Shown: positions 43,486 to 53,926, numbered from the stretch's first letter. The stretch is DNA of 64,000 nt from Candidatus Omnitrophota bacterium (GCA_016180575.1 JACPAY010000001.1:64857-128856), one strand, 5' to 3'. Notes: generated by a model from the sequence alone, not told the origin. Made by a program: numbers and translations.

Positions 43486-45597
43486 TCAGCGGCCAAGCGC
43501 ATCGAGGAGGCGCGCGAGCTCGGCGCGGTCGGTGACCGGGAGCTGGCAGACGTAGCGCTCACAGACATAGGCGGTCGCATGGCCCTCCAGGGGACGCTGG
43601 GTTTTGATGAAGGGGATGAGCGCTTCGACCGCGGCGGAGGTCCCGTTGGCCGGCTGCAGCGCCAGGACCGCCCGCGGGAGGAAGCGCGAGTGGACCGCGC
43701 GGAGCATCGCGCGGGTCGCGGCATCTGCCGGCGTCCCGGCGATCACGATCTCCTGCGAGGGGCCCAGCCAAAAATCTGCGGCGATGAGGAACTGCGGAAA
43801 GGCGGTGGGCGATTGATCCGCCAGGCCGGAGAAGGCCTGAAGCTGCCGCTCCGCGCGGCCCTGGAGGTCGCGGTCCATCGTCAGGATCCCAAGGCGGACG
43901 AGGTTCAGCGCGGCGACCGAGTTCCCTGAGGGGAGCGCCCCGTCGTAGAGCTCCTTCGTCTTGGCGATCAACCGCTCGTTGCGGTCTCCGCTGAAGAAGA
44001 AGCCGCCGCCCGACTCATCCCAGAAGCCGCGGACCGTCTCGGCCGTCAGGCGCCTGGCCTCCGACAGCCACCGCGCGTCGAACGTCGCCTCATAGAGGTC
44101 CGTCAGGCCCCACGCGAGGAAGGCGTAGTCGTCCAGGAACGCGGGGATCGAGGCCTCTCCGTCCCGGTAGCGGTGGAGCAGCGTGCCCTGAGCGGAGTCG
44201 AAGGGCCGGCCCTCGCGCTGCAGCCGGTCCAGGATGAACGCGGCCGCGGCCTGCGCGGCGTCGGCGTAGCGCGGCTCATCCAGGACGCGCGAGCCGTAGG
44301 CGAGGGCGCCGATCATCAGGCCATTCCAGTCGGTGAGGATCTTGTCATCGAGATGCGGCCGCCTGCGCCGGCCCCGGGCGGCGAGCAGCGCATCGCGCGC
44401 CGCCGACAGCCGCCTGCGGAGGTCCTCCGGCGGGAGTCCTTCGCGCCGGGCGAAGGCGTCGAGCGGCTCCTGGATCGACAGGATGGTCGTCCCATGCTCG
44501 AAGTTCCCCGACGGCGTCACCCCGTAGAAGCGGCTGACCAGCGCCGCCTCCTCGGAACCGAGGACCCCCTCGATCTCCTGCGGCGTCCAGACGTAGAACT
44601 CGCCCTCCTTCCCCACCTCGCCTGCATCCTCGGCGGAGCGGAAGGCGCCGTGCGGGTCGCGCAGATCGCGCAGCACATAGTCGAAGATGTCCCGGGCCGC
44701 CTCGGCGTATTGCGGCTTGCCGGTGGCCTGGTGCGCTTCCAGGTAGGTCCGGGCCAGCAGCGCCTGGTCATAAAGCATCTTCTCGAAATGCGGCACGAGC
44801 CACCGCTCATCGGTCGAATAGCGGTGGAACCCGCCGCCCAGGTGGTCGTGGAGGCCGCCGCGGGCCATCGCATCCAGCGTGGTCTCGACCATCTCCAGCG
44901 TCTTCGGGTCCCTGCCCCGGGACCAGGCCCGCAGGAGGAACGAGAGGCTATGGCTCCGGGGGAACTTCGGGGCCGGGCCGAATCCGCCGTGGGCGGGATC
45001 GTACTGCGCGGCGAACTGGCTCGCCGCGCGCTCAAGAATAGCCAGCGTCAGCGGCGCCGACTGGCCGGCGGCCGCGCTCGCTTGGATCGCCTGCGTCAGC
45101 GACCGGCTGGAGGCCAGGAGCTCCCCGCGCCGCGTCCGCCAGGCCTCGCTGATGGACCGCAGCAGGGTCTTCAATCCGGGACGGCCCCACCGGTCCTCCG
45201 GCGGGAAATAGGTGCCGCCGTAGAACGGCTGGCCCTCGTGGGTGAGGAAGACGGTCATGGGCCAGCCGCCGCTGCCCGTCATCGCCTGGACGGCCGTCAT
45301 GTAGATGCCGTCGAGGTCCGGCCGCTCTTCGCGGTCGACCTTGATGGGAACGACGGTCTCATTGAGGAGCTTGGCGATCTCGGGATCGTCGAACGACTCC
45401 TGCTCCATGACGTGGCACCAGTAGCAGGTGGAGTAGCCGACGGAGAGCATCACCGGCTTGTCCTCCCGCTTCGCCTTGGCGAAGGCCTCCTCGCCCCAGG
45501 GGTGCCAGTCCACCGGGTTATACGCGTGCTGGAGGAGGTAGGGGCTCTTCTCGTGGATGAGGCGGTTCGGGCTGCGGCCCTTTGCGTCAACCGACAT
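43486..45597 (-). CDS. thioredoxin-domain protein (YyaL/DUF255, SSP411-like)
   Basis: 703 aa with [18 protein letters not shown]...[16 protein letters not shown], followed by an (alpha/alpha)6-like C-terminal domain. Confidence 0.88.
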   Translation of the reverse strand: MSVDAKGRSPNRLIHEKSPYLLQHAYNPVDWHPWGEEAFAKAKREDKPVMLSVGYSTCYWCHVMEQESFDDPEIAKLLNETVVPIKVDREERPDLDGIYMTAVQAMTGSGGWPMTVFLTHEGQPFYGGTYFPPEDRWGRPGLKTLLRSISEAWRTRRGELLASSRSLTQAIQASAAAGQSAPLTLAILERAASQFAAQYDPAHGGFGPAPKFPRSHSLSFLLRAWSRGRDPKTLEMVETTLDAMARGGLHDHLGGGFHRYSTDERWLVPHFEKMLYDQALLARTYLEAHQATGKPQYAEAARDIFDYVLRDLRDPHGAFRSAEDAGEVGKEGEFYVWTPQEIEGVLGSEEAALVSRFYGVTPSGNFEHGTTILSIQEPLDAFARREGLPPEDLRRRLSAARDALLAARGRRRRPHLDDKILTDWNGLMIGALAYGSRVLDEPRYADAAQAAAAFILDRLQREGRPFDSAQGTLLHRYRDGEASIPAFLDDYAFLAWGLTDLYEATFDARWLSEARRLTAETVRGFWDESGGGFFFSGDRNERLIAKTKELYDGALPSGNSVAALNLVRLGILTMDRDLQGRAERQLQAFSGLADQSPTAFPQFLIAADFWLGPSQEIVIAGTPADAATRAMLRAVHSRFLPRAVLALQPANGTSAAVEALIPFIKTQRPLEGHATAYVCERYVCQLPVTDRAELARLLDALGR
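44185..44205. repeat. Family D single unit inside the yyaL-like gene
   Basis: GCCCTGAGCGGAGTCGAAGGG matches 16 of 20 bases of the msrA unit CCCCGAGCGAAGTCGAGGGG. It is translated as ..RPFDSAQG.. Confidence 0.6.
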
Positions 45598-45611
45598 GGG
45601 ACCCGACTACT

Positions 45612-46562
45612 CTAGCGCGCGGCGTGCTCCGCAAGCCAGCGCTCGCAGTCCATGGCGGCCATGCAGCCGCTGCCGGCGGCGGTCACCGCCTGCCGGTACC
45701 GCTTATCCTGCACGTCGCCGCAGGCGAAGACGCCGGGCACCGAGGTGACGGTGCTGCCCGGCTGGGTGATGAGGTAGCCGTGGTCGTCCATGTCCAGCTG
45801 GCCCTTGAAGAGCGAGGTGTTGGGGTCGAAGCCGATCGCGTAGAAGAGCCCTCCGCAGGCCAGCTCCCGCGCAGCGCCCGTCTTCACGTGCTTGAGCCTC
45901 ACGGCGGACACCGCCTCCTCGCCCAGGACGTCCTCCACGACCGTGTCCCAGATGACCTCGATCTTCGGGTGCTTCAGCACCCGCTCCTGCATGATCTTCG
46001 AGGCGCGCAGGGCAGCGCGGCGGTGCACCAGGTAGACTTTCGAGGCGAACTTCGTCAGGAAGGTGGATTCCTCCGCGGCGGAGTCGCCGCCGCCGACCAC
46101 CACCAGCGCCTTGCCGCGGAAGATCGGCAGCGCCCCGTCGCAGACAGCGCAGGCCGACATCCCGTTGTTCCAGAGCGTCTTCTCCCCCGGCAGGTTGAGC
46201 CGCCGCGCGGTCGCCCCGGTCGCGATGATGAGCGTCTGGGCGGCCACCTCGCGCTGGGAGGAGGCCACGACGAACGGCCGCTTCGAGAGATCTGCCCGCG
46301 TGACGTCCTCGGTGAAGATGCGCGTCTCAAAGCGCAGCGACTGCTTGCGGAAGGCCTGCATCAACTCGGGGCCCTGGATCCCCTCCGGGAAGCCCGGGTA
46401 GTTTTCCACCTCGGTGGTGGTCATGAGCTGGCCCCCTGGGATGCCGCCGGCCGAATACCCCTCGAACAGGATCGGCTTCAGGTTGGCCCTGGCGGTGTAG
46501 ATCGCGGCGGTGTGGCCGGCCGGCCCTGAGCCGATGATGACGACCTGTTCCGGAGTGGCCAT
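45612..46562 (-). CDS. trxB: thioredoxin-disulfide reductase
   Basis: 316 aa with [12 protein letters not shown], the redox CAVCDG motif and GGGDSA.EE. Confidence 0.95.
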   Translation of the reverse strand: MATPEQVVIIGSGPAGHTAAIYTARANLKPILFEGYSAGGIPGGQLMTTTEVENYPGFPEGIQGPELMQAFRKQSLRFETRIFTEDVTRADLSKRPFVVASSQREVAAQTLIIATGATARRLNLPGEKTLWNNGMSACAVCDGALPIFRGKALVVVGGGDSAAEESTFLTKFASKVYLVHRRAALRASKIMQERVLKHPKIEVIWDTVVEDVLGEEAVSAVRLKHVKTGAARELACGGLFYAIGFDPNTSLFKGQLDMDDHGYLITQPGSTVTSVPGVFACGDVQDKRYRQAVTAAGSGCMAAMDCERWLAEHAAR

Positions 46563-46575
46563 GGGTGGTCCCGAC

Positions 46576-47106
46576 TCAGTACTGGATGAGGGAAATGATC
46601 GGGTGGGGTGCCAGCCGTTCGCGGCCGTTGAGCGCGGTCAATTCGATGAGGAACGCCAGCTCCACGATGCGCCCGCCGCACTGCTCGATGAGCTGGATGG
46701 TCGCCCCCATCGTCCCGCCGGTGGCCAGGAGGTCGTCCACGAGCAGCACGCTGGCGCCCTTGGCGAGGCCGTCCTGGTGGATCTCCAGCGTATCCCGGCC
46801 ATACTCGAGGGTGTAGCTCGCCTGGTAGGTCTTGTGGGGCAGCTTCCCTTTCTTGCGCACCGGGATGACGCCGACGCCCAGCTCGTAGGCGAGCGCCGAG
46901 CCGACGATCAGCCCGCGGGACTCGATGGCGACGACCGCGTCCGGCCGCTTGCCCTGATGGCGGGAGGCCAGCATGCGGATGGCTTGGCGGAAGGCCGGGC
47001 CGTGCTGGAGGAGGGGCGTGATGTCGCGGAACAGGATCCCCTTCTTCGGGAAATCGGGGATGTCGCGGATGTAGTCGGTGAGGGTGAGCTGGGTGTCCGG
47101 TTTCAT
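46576..47106 (-). CDS. apt: adenine phosphoribosyltransferase
   Basis: 176 aa from ATG 47106 (ATGA overlap) with [18 protein letters not shown] and [13 protein letters not shown]. Confidence 0.93.
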   Translation of the reverse strand: MKPDTQLTLTDYIRDIPDFPKKGILFRDITPLLQHGPAFRQAIRMLASRHQGKRPDAVVAIESRGLIVGSALAYELGVGVIPVRKKGKLPHKTYQASYTLEYGRDTLEIHQDGLAKGASVLLVDDLLATGGTMGATIQLIEQCGGRIVELAFLIELTALNGRERLAPHPIISLIQY

Positions 47107-47912
47107 GCGCCGCTCAGCGTCCACCAGACGACCAGGGCCAGCGCCAGCCGGTACCAGCCAAACGGCGCCAGGCCCCGCTGCGTCAGGTATTGGATGAACC
47201 CGCGGATCGCCAGGGCCGCGACCCCCGCCGCCCCCAGGAACCCGCTCGCCAGCGAGAGGATCCCGGACTCCTGCAGCAGCGCCTGGCCGCCCAGGGACGC
47301 ATCGAAGAGCGTCGCCGCCCCGAGGGTCGGCAGCGCCAGGAGGAAGCTGTACTCGGCCGCCACGGTCGCCGGGAAGCCGAGCAGCAGCCCGGCGACAATG
47401 GTCGCCATCGCCCGCGAGGTGCCGGGCCACAGCGCCAGGCACTGCGCCAACCCGATGAGGAGCGCATCGCGGGGGGTCATCGATTCGATCCCGCGCGCCG
47501 GGCCCTTGGCCCGGCGGCTCCACTGATCCACCCCCAGCATCAGCACCCCGCCCGCCGCGAGGGCGGCCGCCACCGGCCCGATGGTGAAGAGGTGCGCCTT
47601 GATCAGCCGGTGCAAAGCCACCCCGATGACGGCCGCCGGGAGGAAGCTCAGGATCAGATTCCAGAACAGCCGGCGGCCCGCGGCGTCGCGGCCCAGGAGC
47701 CCGCGCCACATCGCGGCCAGATCGTCACGGTAGAGCGCCGCGACCGCCCCCAGGGCGCCGGCCTGGATGACCACCTCGAAGGTCTTGACGGCATCTCCCG
47801 AGAGCCCCAGGAGATGCGTGACCAGGATGAGGTGGCCGGTCGAGGAGATCGGCAGGAATTCCGTGAACCCCTCCACGACCCCTAAGAGGAACGCGTGGAG
47901 CGGGTCCATCAC
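47103..47912 (-). CDS. uppP: undecaprenyl-diphosphate phosphatase
   Basis: 269 aa with G..EFLPISSTGHL and PGTSR motifs. Eight TM-like segments. Confidence 0.92.
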   Translation of the reverse strand: MMDPLHAFLLGVVEGFTEFLPISSTGHLILVTHLLGLSGDAVKTFEVVIQAGALGAVAALYRDDLAAMWRGLLGRDAAGRRLFWNLILSFLPAAVIGVALHRLIKAHLFTIGPVAAALAAGGVLMLGVDQWSRRAKGPARGIESMTPRDALLIGLAQCLALWPGTSRAMATIVAGLLLGFPATVAAEYSFLLALPTLGAATLFDASLGGQALLQESGILSLASGFLGAAGVAALAIRGFIQYLTQRGLAPFGWYRLALALVVWWTLSGA

Positions 47913-47967
47913 CTGGGGGAACTAGTGACGAAACGGCTGGTCGAGCGGGTCGGAAACGCGCGGCGCG

Positions 47968-48150
47968 TCAGCGGCCGGGACCTGTCCCTTTCCGCTTGGA
48001 GAAACAATCCCTGCAGTAGACCGGGCGGTCTCCGCTGGGCTTAAAGGGGACCTCGCATTCCTGTCCGCAATCCGCACAGGTGGCCTTGTGCATCTCGCGA
48101 GGTCGTCCCCCAAAACCACCACCACCACCTGGACCTCCACCGAACGGCAT
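47968..48150 (-). CDS. small CxxC-x17-CxxC zinc-ribbon protein with Gly-rich N-terminus
   Basis: 60 aa from ATG 48150, with SD GGAGGGG 6 nt upstream: CADCGQECEVPFKPSGDRPVYCRDCF. A strong promoter lies about 120 nt upstream. Confidence 0.75.
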   Translation of the reverse strand: MPFGGGPGGGGGFGGRPREMHKATCADCGQECEVPFKPSGDRPVYCRDCFSKRKGTGPGR

Positions 48151-48267
48151 CCGTGCCCCTCCACTCACCGGTCCGGCATCCGGACGCCGCGTGAGCGCCC
48201 GTGCCCTGACCCGGTTCTGCCCGTCTGCGCGGCGCCGGCCCATGCGCGGCGGCCGCCAGACCCCGAC

Positions 48268-48295
48268 ATTATACCCTCCCGCCTCCCCCTGTCAC
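48268..48295 (-). promoter_or_regulatory. strong sigma70-type promoter upstream of the zinc-ribbon gene
   Basis: Minus-strand GTGACA-N16-TATAAT, with a perfect -10. Confidence 0.6.
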
Positions 48296-48308
48296 TAAAA
48301 AAGAAATG

Positions 48309-50363
48309 TCACCTGGGGAACGCTTCCCGCAGGCCGCCGTCCACCGTGAGGATGCAGCCGGTCGTCTTGGCCGAGCGCCCCGAGACGAAGAAGCCGACCG
48401 CCTCCGCCACGTCCTCGGGCAGGATGCGCGCCTGCAAGAGGTTGCGCCGCTGGTAGTAGGCTGCAAGCCGCCCGGGCCGGATGCGGTACGTCTTCGCGCG
48501 GGACCGCCCGATGGCCTGCCAGAGCCCCGAGCCGTCGAAGACGCCGTCCGGGTTGACCACGTTCACGCGGATCCCGAACTCGCCGTTCTCGATGGCCAGC
48601 ACGCGCGCGAGCTGGACCTGCGCCGCCTTGGCCGCGCTGTAGGCTCCGAACTCCTTGCCGGGCGCCAGGACGTTCTTGGAGGCGATGAAGACGAGCGAGC
48701 CCCCCATCCCCTGGGCGCGCAGGAGGCGGACCGCCGCCCGGCCGACCAGGAAGTGGCCGGTCGCGTTCACGCTGAGGCTGCGCTCCCAGTCCGCCAGGCG
48801 CAGCCGCTCCACCCCGGCCACGTGGGCGATCCCGGCGTTGGAGACGAGGAAATCGAGCCCGCCGAAGGCCCGCAGCAGCGCATCGAACGCCCGCTCGACG
48901 CTCCGTTCGTCCGTCACGTCCATCGCCAGCCCAAGCGCCCGGGCTCGTCCGGCGCGCCGGTTGAGCTCCTCGGCCAGCATTTCGACCCGGCCGCGGTCAA
49001 GATCCGTCACGGCAACGCAGGCGCCGCGGTCAATGAGCTGCCGGGCGATCGCCCGGCCGATCCCGCCGGCGGCTCCGGTGACGAGGCCGATGGCGCGCGA
49101 CAGCTCCTCCTCCGGAGGCGCCAGCGTGAGCTTGTAGAGCTCAAGCGGCCAGTACTCCACCCCGAACGCCTCGCGCGCCGAGACCGAGGTGTACTGCCCG
49201 ATCGCGGCGGCGTTGCGCATGACCGCCATCGCGTGGCGGTAGAGCTGCGCGACCATGCCGGTCTCCGTGGCGTCCTTGCCCGACGTCAGCATCCCCACGC
49301 CGGGAATCAGGATGACCCGCGGGAAGGGCTGCGGCTGTATCGTGGCGGAGCGGCGGAAGCGGCGGACGTACCGCTCATGGTCGGCGGCGTACCGCTCAAG
49401 CTGCCGGATGACCGCCGCGGCGGGCACGGCGTCAGCCGGCCGCGCGCCGAGGCGCACCACAAGCGGCAGCCGCTTGGTCCGGAGCATGTGGTCCGGGGTG
49501 GCGGGGCCGGTGCGCGCGAGCGTCGGCATGCGGCGGGCGTTGACAAAGGCGAGCACGTCCGGGGCGTCGGTGAGCGTGAGGCAAACCTTCCGCGCCCGGC
49601 TGAGGCTGCGCCGGATGGCCGGCGCCCACCGCCGCAGCGCCGCCGTCCGCGCATCGGCCGGCAGGCTCGCGTGCGCGGCCGGGGACCAGGATCGGCGGCG
49701 GTGGCGCTGCGCGATGAAGCGCTCGGCGCGCGTCACAAGGCTGAGCGTGCGCTCGTAGCTGGTGCGGCCGTCCGGCCCCCAGGTGATGAGGCCGTGGTGC
49801 TCCAGCACCGCGCCGTGCGCGTCCGGCTGGCGCTGGTAGGCCGCCGCCACCCGGCGGGAGAGCGCAAACCCGGGCTGCAGGTACGGGATCCACAGGAGCT
49901 GCGGGCCGAGCACGCGCCGGATGAGCCGCTCGCCCCCGCGCGTGTTGGCCAGCGAGAGGATGGCGTCCGCATGCGTGTGGTCCACGGCCGCTTCGGGGAT
50001 GAAGGCGTGCAGCAGCGTCTCAATGGAGGGGCGCGGCGCCTTGGGATCGAGGAGGCACCGCTCGAGGAACGCGACCATCGCCTCATCAGTCATCGCCCGG
50101 CGCGAGCTCAGCGGGCGCAGCGCCGCCATCGGCAGGGGTGAAAAGTGGCGCGCCTCGCAGGTCTTCAGGTCGGCGCCGCTCCCCTTCACCCAGAGGACGT
50201 CCTGGGCCCGCCCGAGGAGATCCCGCTGCCGGCACTTGAGCGAGGTGTTGCCGCCGCCGAACAGCCCAAGGCTCTCCTCGCTCCCCAGCAGGCGCGAGCG
50301 GTAGACGAGCGATTCCAGCGGGCTCATCCGCCGGACCAGATTGGGTTGCCAGCAGCTACGCAT
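48309..50363 (-). CDS. bifunctional class II aldolase / short-chain dehydrogenase (RhaEW/YuxG-like)
   Basis: 684 aa with LVYRSRLLG......FGGGNTS..., AVDHTHAD and a C-terminal SDR (VTGAAGGIGRA...YSAAKAA). The start could also be ATG 50327. Confidence 0.85.
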   Translation of the reverse strand: MRSCWQPNLVRRMSPLESLVYRSRLLGSEESLGLFGGGNTSLKCRQRDLLGRAQDVLWVKGSGADLKTCEARHFSPLPMAALRPLSSRRAMTDEAMVAFLERCLLDPKAPRPSIETLLHAFIPEAAVDHTHADAILSLANTRGGERLIRRVLGPQLLWIPYLQPGFALSRRVAAAYQRQPDAHGAVLEHHGLITWGPDGRTSYERTLSLVTRAERFIAQRHRRRSWSPAAHASLPADARTAALRRWAPAIRRSLSRARKVCLTLTDAPDVLAFVNARRMPTLARTGPATPDHMLRTKRLPLVVRLGARPADAVPAAAVIRQLERYAADHERYVRRFRRSATIQPQPFPRVILIPGVGMLTSGKDATETGMVAQLYRHAMAVMRNAAAIGQYTSVSAREAFGVEYWPLELYKLTLAPPEEELSRAIGLVTGAAGGIGRAIARQLIDRGACVAVTDLDRGRVEMLAEELNRRAGRARALGLAMDVTDERSVERAFDALLRAFGGLDFLVSNAGIAHVAGVERLRLADWERSLSVNATGHFLVGRAAVRLLRAQGMGGSLVFIASKNVLAPGKEFGAYSAAKAAQVQLARVLAIENGEFGIRVNVVNPDGVFDGSGLWQAIGRSRAKTYRIRPGRLAAYYQRRNLLQARILPEDVAEAVGFFVSGRSAKTTGCILTVDGGLREAFPR

Positions 50364-51420
50364 GCATCAGCTCGGCGATCGCCCGCAGCTCCGCGCGGAT
50401 CACGCCCCGTTCGGTCACAAGGCCCGTGAGATACTCCGCCGGCGTCACGTCGAAGGCCCAGTTGCGCACGCGCGAGCCGTCAGGCGAGATGCGAATCCGG
50501 GCGGGCCGCCCCTCCGCGGTGAGGCCCTCGGTCCAGACCACCTCGTCATCCGCGCGCTGCTCGATCGGGATCTCATCGCCGGACGGGCAGCCGAGGTCGA
50601 TGGTGCTGGTGGGCGCGGCGACGTAGAAGGGGATGCGATGCGTCCGGGCCAGCACGGCGAGCTGGTAGGTGCCGATCTTGTTGGCGACATCCCCATTGGC
50701 CGCGATCCGGTCCGCGCCGACGAGGACGAGGTTCACCAGCCCCTGGCGCATCGCTGAGCCGGCGGCCGTGTCCGGGATCAGCGTGCAGGGCACGCCTTCC
50801 TGCGCCAGCTCCCAGGCGGTGAGCCTGGCCCCCTGGGCCCGCGGCCGCGTTTCCGTCGCGAAGACGCTGACCGCCTTCCCGTCCCGATGGGCCCGGTAGA
50901 TGGGGGCGAGCGCTGTCCCCCAGTCGGCGAAGGCGAGCCATCCGGCGTTGCAATGGGTCAGGACCGAGGCGGGCGAGGGCAGCAGGGGCTGGCCGATTTC
51001 CCCGATGCGCTCCCCGGCGCGCGCGTCCTCATCGGCGAGCGCCTGCGCCGCCTCGCCGGCGCGCGCGCGCTTCGCCGCAGGCGCGGCCGGGCCGGCCACG
51101 ACCGCCTCAATCCGCTCGATGGCGTAGAAGAGGTTCCGGGCGGTGGGGCGGGTGGCGCGCAGCGCTGAGGCGGCCCGCGCAAGCGCAGCGTCCACGGCGC
51201 CGTCCGGCGCCGCGAGGGCCGCCTGGGCCATCCCGAACCCGGCCGCCACCCCGATGGCCCCCGCGCCGCGGACCGCCATGTCGCGGATCGCCTCGGCGGT
51301 CTCCTGATAGGTCCGGAGCGAGAGAATCTCGAAGGCGAAGGGCAGCCGCCGCTGGTCGATCAGCCTGACGGTGCTCCCCTCCAGCCAGACAGTCCGATAG
51401 TGCGTGCCGTTGACTCGCAT
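50356..51420 (-). CDS. mtnA: S-methyl-5-thioribose-1-phosphate isomerase
   Basis: 354 aa with L.LIDQR.LP, RGAGAIGVAA, THCNAG.LA and VGADRIA.NGD.ANKIGTY. Confidence 0.92.
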   Translation of the reverse strand: MRVNGTHYRTVWLEGSTVRLIDQRRLPFAFEILSLRTYQETAEAIRDMAVRGAGAIGVAAGFGMAQAALAAPDGAVDAALARAASALRATRPTARNLFYAIERIEAVVAGPAAPAAKRARAGEAAQALADEDARAGERIGEIGQPLLPSPASVLTHCNAGWLAFADWGTALAPIYRAHRDGKAVSVFATETRPRAQGARLTAWELAQEGVPCTLIPDTAAGSAMRQGLVNLVLVGADRIAANGDVANKIGTYQLAVLARTHRIPFYVAAPTSTIDLGCPSGDEIPIEQRADDEVVWTEGLTAEGRPARIRISPDGSRVRNWAFDVTPAEYLTGLVTERGVIRAELRAIAELMHA

Positions 51421-51426
51421 GAAGTC

Positions 51427-51491
51427 CCGGTATCAGATACCAACCCCCGATTGGTATCAGATACCGACTTCTACTTGGTATCTGATACCGG
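51427..51491. repeat. Family A, three-unit copy A5
   Basis: Units at 51427-51441 (centre A), 51453-51465 (centre A) and 51477-51491 (centre T), between the PNP gene and mtnA. Confidence 0.9.
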
Positions 51492-52301
51492 AAGCTTGGC
51501 GATTACGCCTTGCAGGAGCGCGGTGAGCTTGGGTTCGGTGGCGGCGGCGACCCGAAGCAGCTCTTCCACGGACGCCGGCTTGAGCTCTTCAGGGATGCAG
51601 GCGTCGGAGACGACCGTCACCGCCAGCACCCGCAGCCCGCCGTGGCGGGCGGCGAGCACCTCCGGCACCATGGACATCCCGATGACGTCGGCGCCGATCT
51701 GCCGGAGGAACCGGTACTCCGCCTTCGTCTCCAGGTTCGGGCCGGCCACCGCGACGTAGACGCCGGGGCGCAGCGGAATCCCCTCCGCCTTGGCCACCTC
51801 CATCGCGAGCCGCCGCAGGGCGGGGTCGTAGGGCTCCGACATATCCGGGAAGCGCGGGCCGAGCGTCTCGTCGTTGGGGCCGATCAGGGGGTTGGCGCCC
51901 ATGAGGTTGATGTGGTCCTCGACCAGGACGAGTGAGCCGGGCGGCATCCGGCGGTTCATGCTCCCGACGATGCTGGTGAGGATGAGCGTCTTCGCCCCCA
52001 GGGCGTGCACCAGGCGGACCGGATAGGTCACCTGGGCCATCGTGTAGCCTTCGTAGAAGTGGAAGCGCCCGGCAAGGACCGCCAGCCGCTGGGCTCCGAG
52101 CGTGCCCAGCACCAGTTTGCCTTCGTGGCCCGGCGCGGTCGCCTGCGGCAGGTGCGGCAGCGCGGCGTAGTCGAGCTCCGCTTCCACGCGGAGCGCTTTC
52201 GTCAGGCCGCCCAGGCCGGAACCCACGATGAGGCCGATGTCGGGGCGGAAGGCGCTGCGCCCGCGGATCGCCTGGAGCGTTTCATCCAGCTGCTGCCGCA
52301 T
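51471..52301 (-). CDS. purine/5'-deoxy-nucleoside phosphorylase (PunA-type PNP family)
   Basis: 276 aa with GLIVGSGLG, GRFHFYEGY, GPNLET.AE and GMSMVPEV. The last codons (..LPVSDTK) and the stop lie inside repeat A5. Confidence 0.88.
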   Translation of the reverse strand: MRQQLDETLQAIRGRSAFRPDIGLIVGSGLGGLTKALRVEAELDYAALPHLPQATAPGHEGKLVLGTLGAQRLAVLAGRFHFYEGYTMAQVTYPVRLVHALGAKTLILTSIVGSMNRRMPPGSLVLVEDHINLMGANPLIGPNDETLGPRFPDMSEPYDPALRRLAMEVAKAEGIPLRPGVYVAVAGPNLETKAEYRFLRQIGADVIGMSMVPEVLAARHGGLRVLAVTVVSDACIPEELKPASVEELLRVAAATEPKLTALLQGVIAKLPVSDTK

Positions 52302-52928
52302 CTAATACTTCACCGAGCAGCCGTACGGTTTCGTCTGTGGGACGGAAACCGGCTTGCCCGCTAACGCCTCATCGAGCGCTTGCTGGAGGTAGTTGGTCGC
52401 CTCGGGGATGTCGTCGGGATCCACGGACGGCCGGTCGTCGATCGCGCCCGCGTAGAGCAGCCGGCCCTCCGGGCTGATGAGGAAGAGGTGCGGCGTGGCC
52501 TTCGCCCCATAGCGCCGCCCCACCGTCCCGTCCGGGTCAAGCAGCAGCGCCGTCTGCCGCGCGCCCAGCTCGCGGATGACCGCGTTGGCCTCCTCGGCGG
52601 TCAGGTAGCCCTGCTTCCCGGGCGCGGAGGAATCGAGGGTCAGCCACACGACCTCCCGCCCGGTCGCCGCGGCCTGCAGGCGCTGCATGTTGCCGCTGTC
52701 ATAGTGCTTGCGCACGAAGGGGCACTCGGGATTGAACCACTCAAGCACCACGAACCACCCCTTGAACTCCCCCAGCGACCGCGCAGCACCGGTGGAATCG
52801 GCCAGCGCGAAGTCCGGCGCCGGCTCGCCCACGACCGCTTCGGCGCCCGCCGCCGGCGGCCCTCCTGCCGTCGCGGCGGCGAGCCAGAGGAGCCACGCGA
52901 AGGTCCGACGCATCCCAAACCCGCTCAT
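52302..52928 (-). CDS. periplasmic thioredoxin-fold redoxin family protein
   Basis: 208 aa. Signal peptide, then APDFAL.D..G....L.EFKG..VVLEWFNPECPFV.KHY. Confidence 0.7.
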   Translation of the reverse strand: MSGFGMRRTFAWLLWLAAATAGGPPAAGAEAVVGEPAPDFALADSTGAARSLGEFKGWFVVLEWFNPECPFVRKHYDSGNMQRLQAAATGREVVWLTLDSSAPGKQGYLTAEEANAVIRELGARQTALLLDPDGTVGRRYGAKATPHLFLISPEGRLLYAGAIDDRPSVDPDDIPEATNYLQQALDEALAGKPVSVPQTKPYGCSVKY

Positions 52929-53926
52929 CCTCCGCTCGCCGGCAGCCTGATGATGAACCGGCTGCCCTGCCCGATCCGGCTCTCGGCCCAGATGCGGCCT
53001 TGATGCAGCTCCACGATGTCCCGGGCGATGGGCAGCCCCAGGCCCGAACCCTCTTCCGCCCCGTGCCCGACCCGCTCGAACTTGTCGAAGATCCGCTCAA
53101 GGTCCTGCGCGGCAATGCCCGGCCCGGTGTCCTCCACCTCGACCTGGAACGTCCCGCTGTCCTGCAGCAGCCGCACCCGCAGGCCGCCCTTGTCGGTGAA
53201 CTTCACCGCGTTGGCGAAGAGGTTCACGAACACCTGCTGGAGCCGATCCCGGTCGCCGGTCACCCGGGCCGGGGCCTGCGGCAGCTCCATCGTCAGGGTG
53301 AGGCCCCGCTCCTTCAGCAGCCCGCTGAACAGCTGCCCCACCGCCCGCAGCGTGTCCTGGAGCACGAGGTCCTGTTTCTGCATCGGCATCTTGCCGGCCT
53401 CGATCCGCGACAGGTCCAGGAGGTCGCCGACGAGCCGCGTCAGTCGGTTGACCTCCTTTTGGCACATCCGCACCGGTTCGCTCTGGTCCGGGCTCACGGG
53501 GCCGTACAGCCCGTCGGCCAGGTTGTCCAGCGCGCCCTTGAAGATGGCGAGGGGCGAGCGGAACTCGTGCGAGACGTTGCTGACGAACGCCGCCTGCTGC
53601 TCGTTCAGCCGCGCCAGCTTGACATTCGCCGCGACGAGCTGCCGGATGATGTCCCGGATGAGCTGCTGGCCGGCGAACAGCCCGATGAGCGCGATGACCA
53701 GGGCGAGCAGGAAGTAGACCCCGTTCATCCCCTCCAGGATCGAGATGGAGAAGAACCGCACCGTGATGAGATAGAAGCAGGTCAGGAGCGGGATGATGCT
53801 CATGAGGCTGAAGGCGACGTTGAACCGGGACATCAGGCCGCTCACTGGGGGGAGCTCTTGCTGGGACGTCGTACCGGGCAGCGCGGGATCCGGCTGGCGG
53901 CTCGGGGCCTTCGCCTGATCAGCCAT
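52925..53926 (-). CDS. membrane sensor histidine kinase
   Basis: 333 aa from ATG 53926. Two TM, the HisKA H-box SHEFRSPL, an N-box and G-boxes (DTGPGI, GSGLGL). Confidence 0.85.
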   Translation of the reverse strand: MADQAKAPSRQPDPALPGTTSQQELPPVSGLMSRFNVAFSLMSIIPLLTCFYLITVRFFSISILEGMNGVYFLLALVIALIGLFAGQQLIRDIIRQLVAANVKLARLNEQQAAFVSNVSHEFRSPLAIFKGALDNLADGLYGPVSPDQSEPVRMCQKEVNRLTRLVGDLLDLSRIEAGKMPMQKQDLVLQDTLRAVGQLFSGLLKERGLTLTMELPQAPARVTGDRDRLQQVFVNLFANAVKFTDKGGLRVRLLQDSGTFQVEVEDTGPGIAAQDLERIFDKFERVGHGAEEGSGLGLPIARDIVELHQGRIWAESRIGQGSRFIIRLPASGG

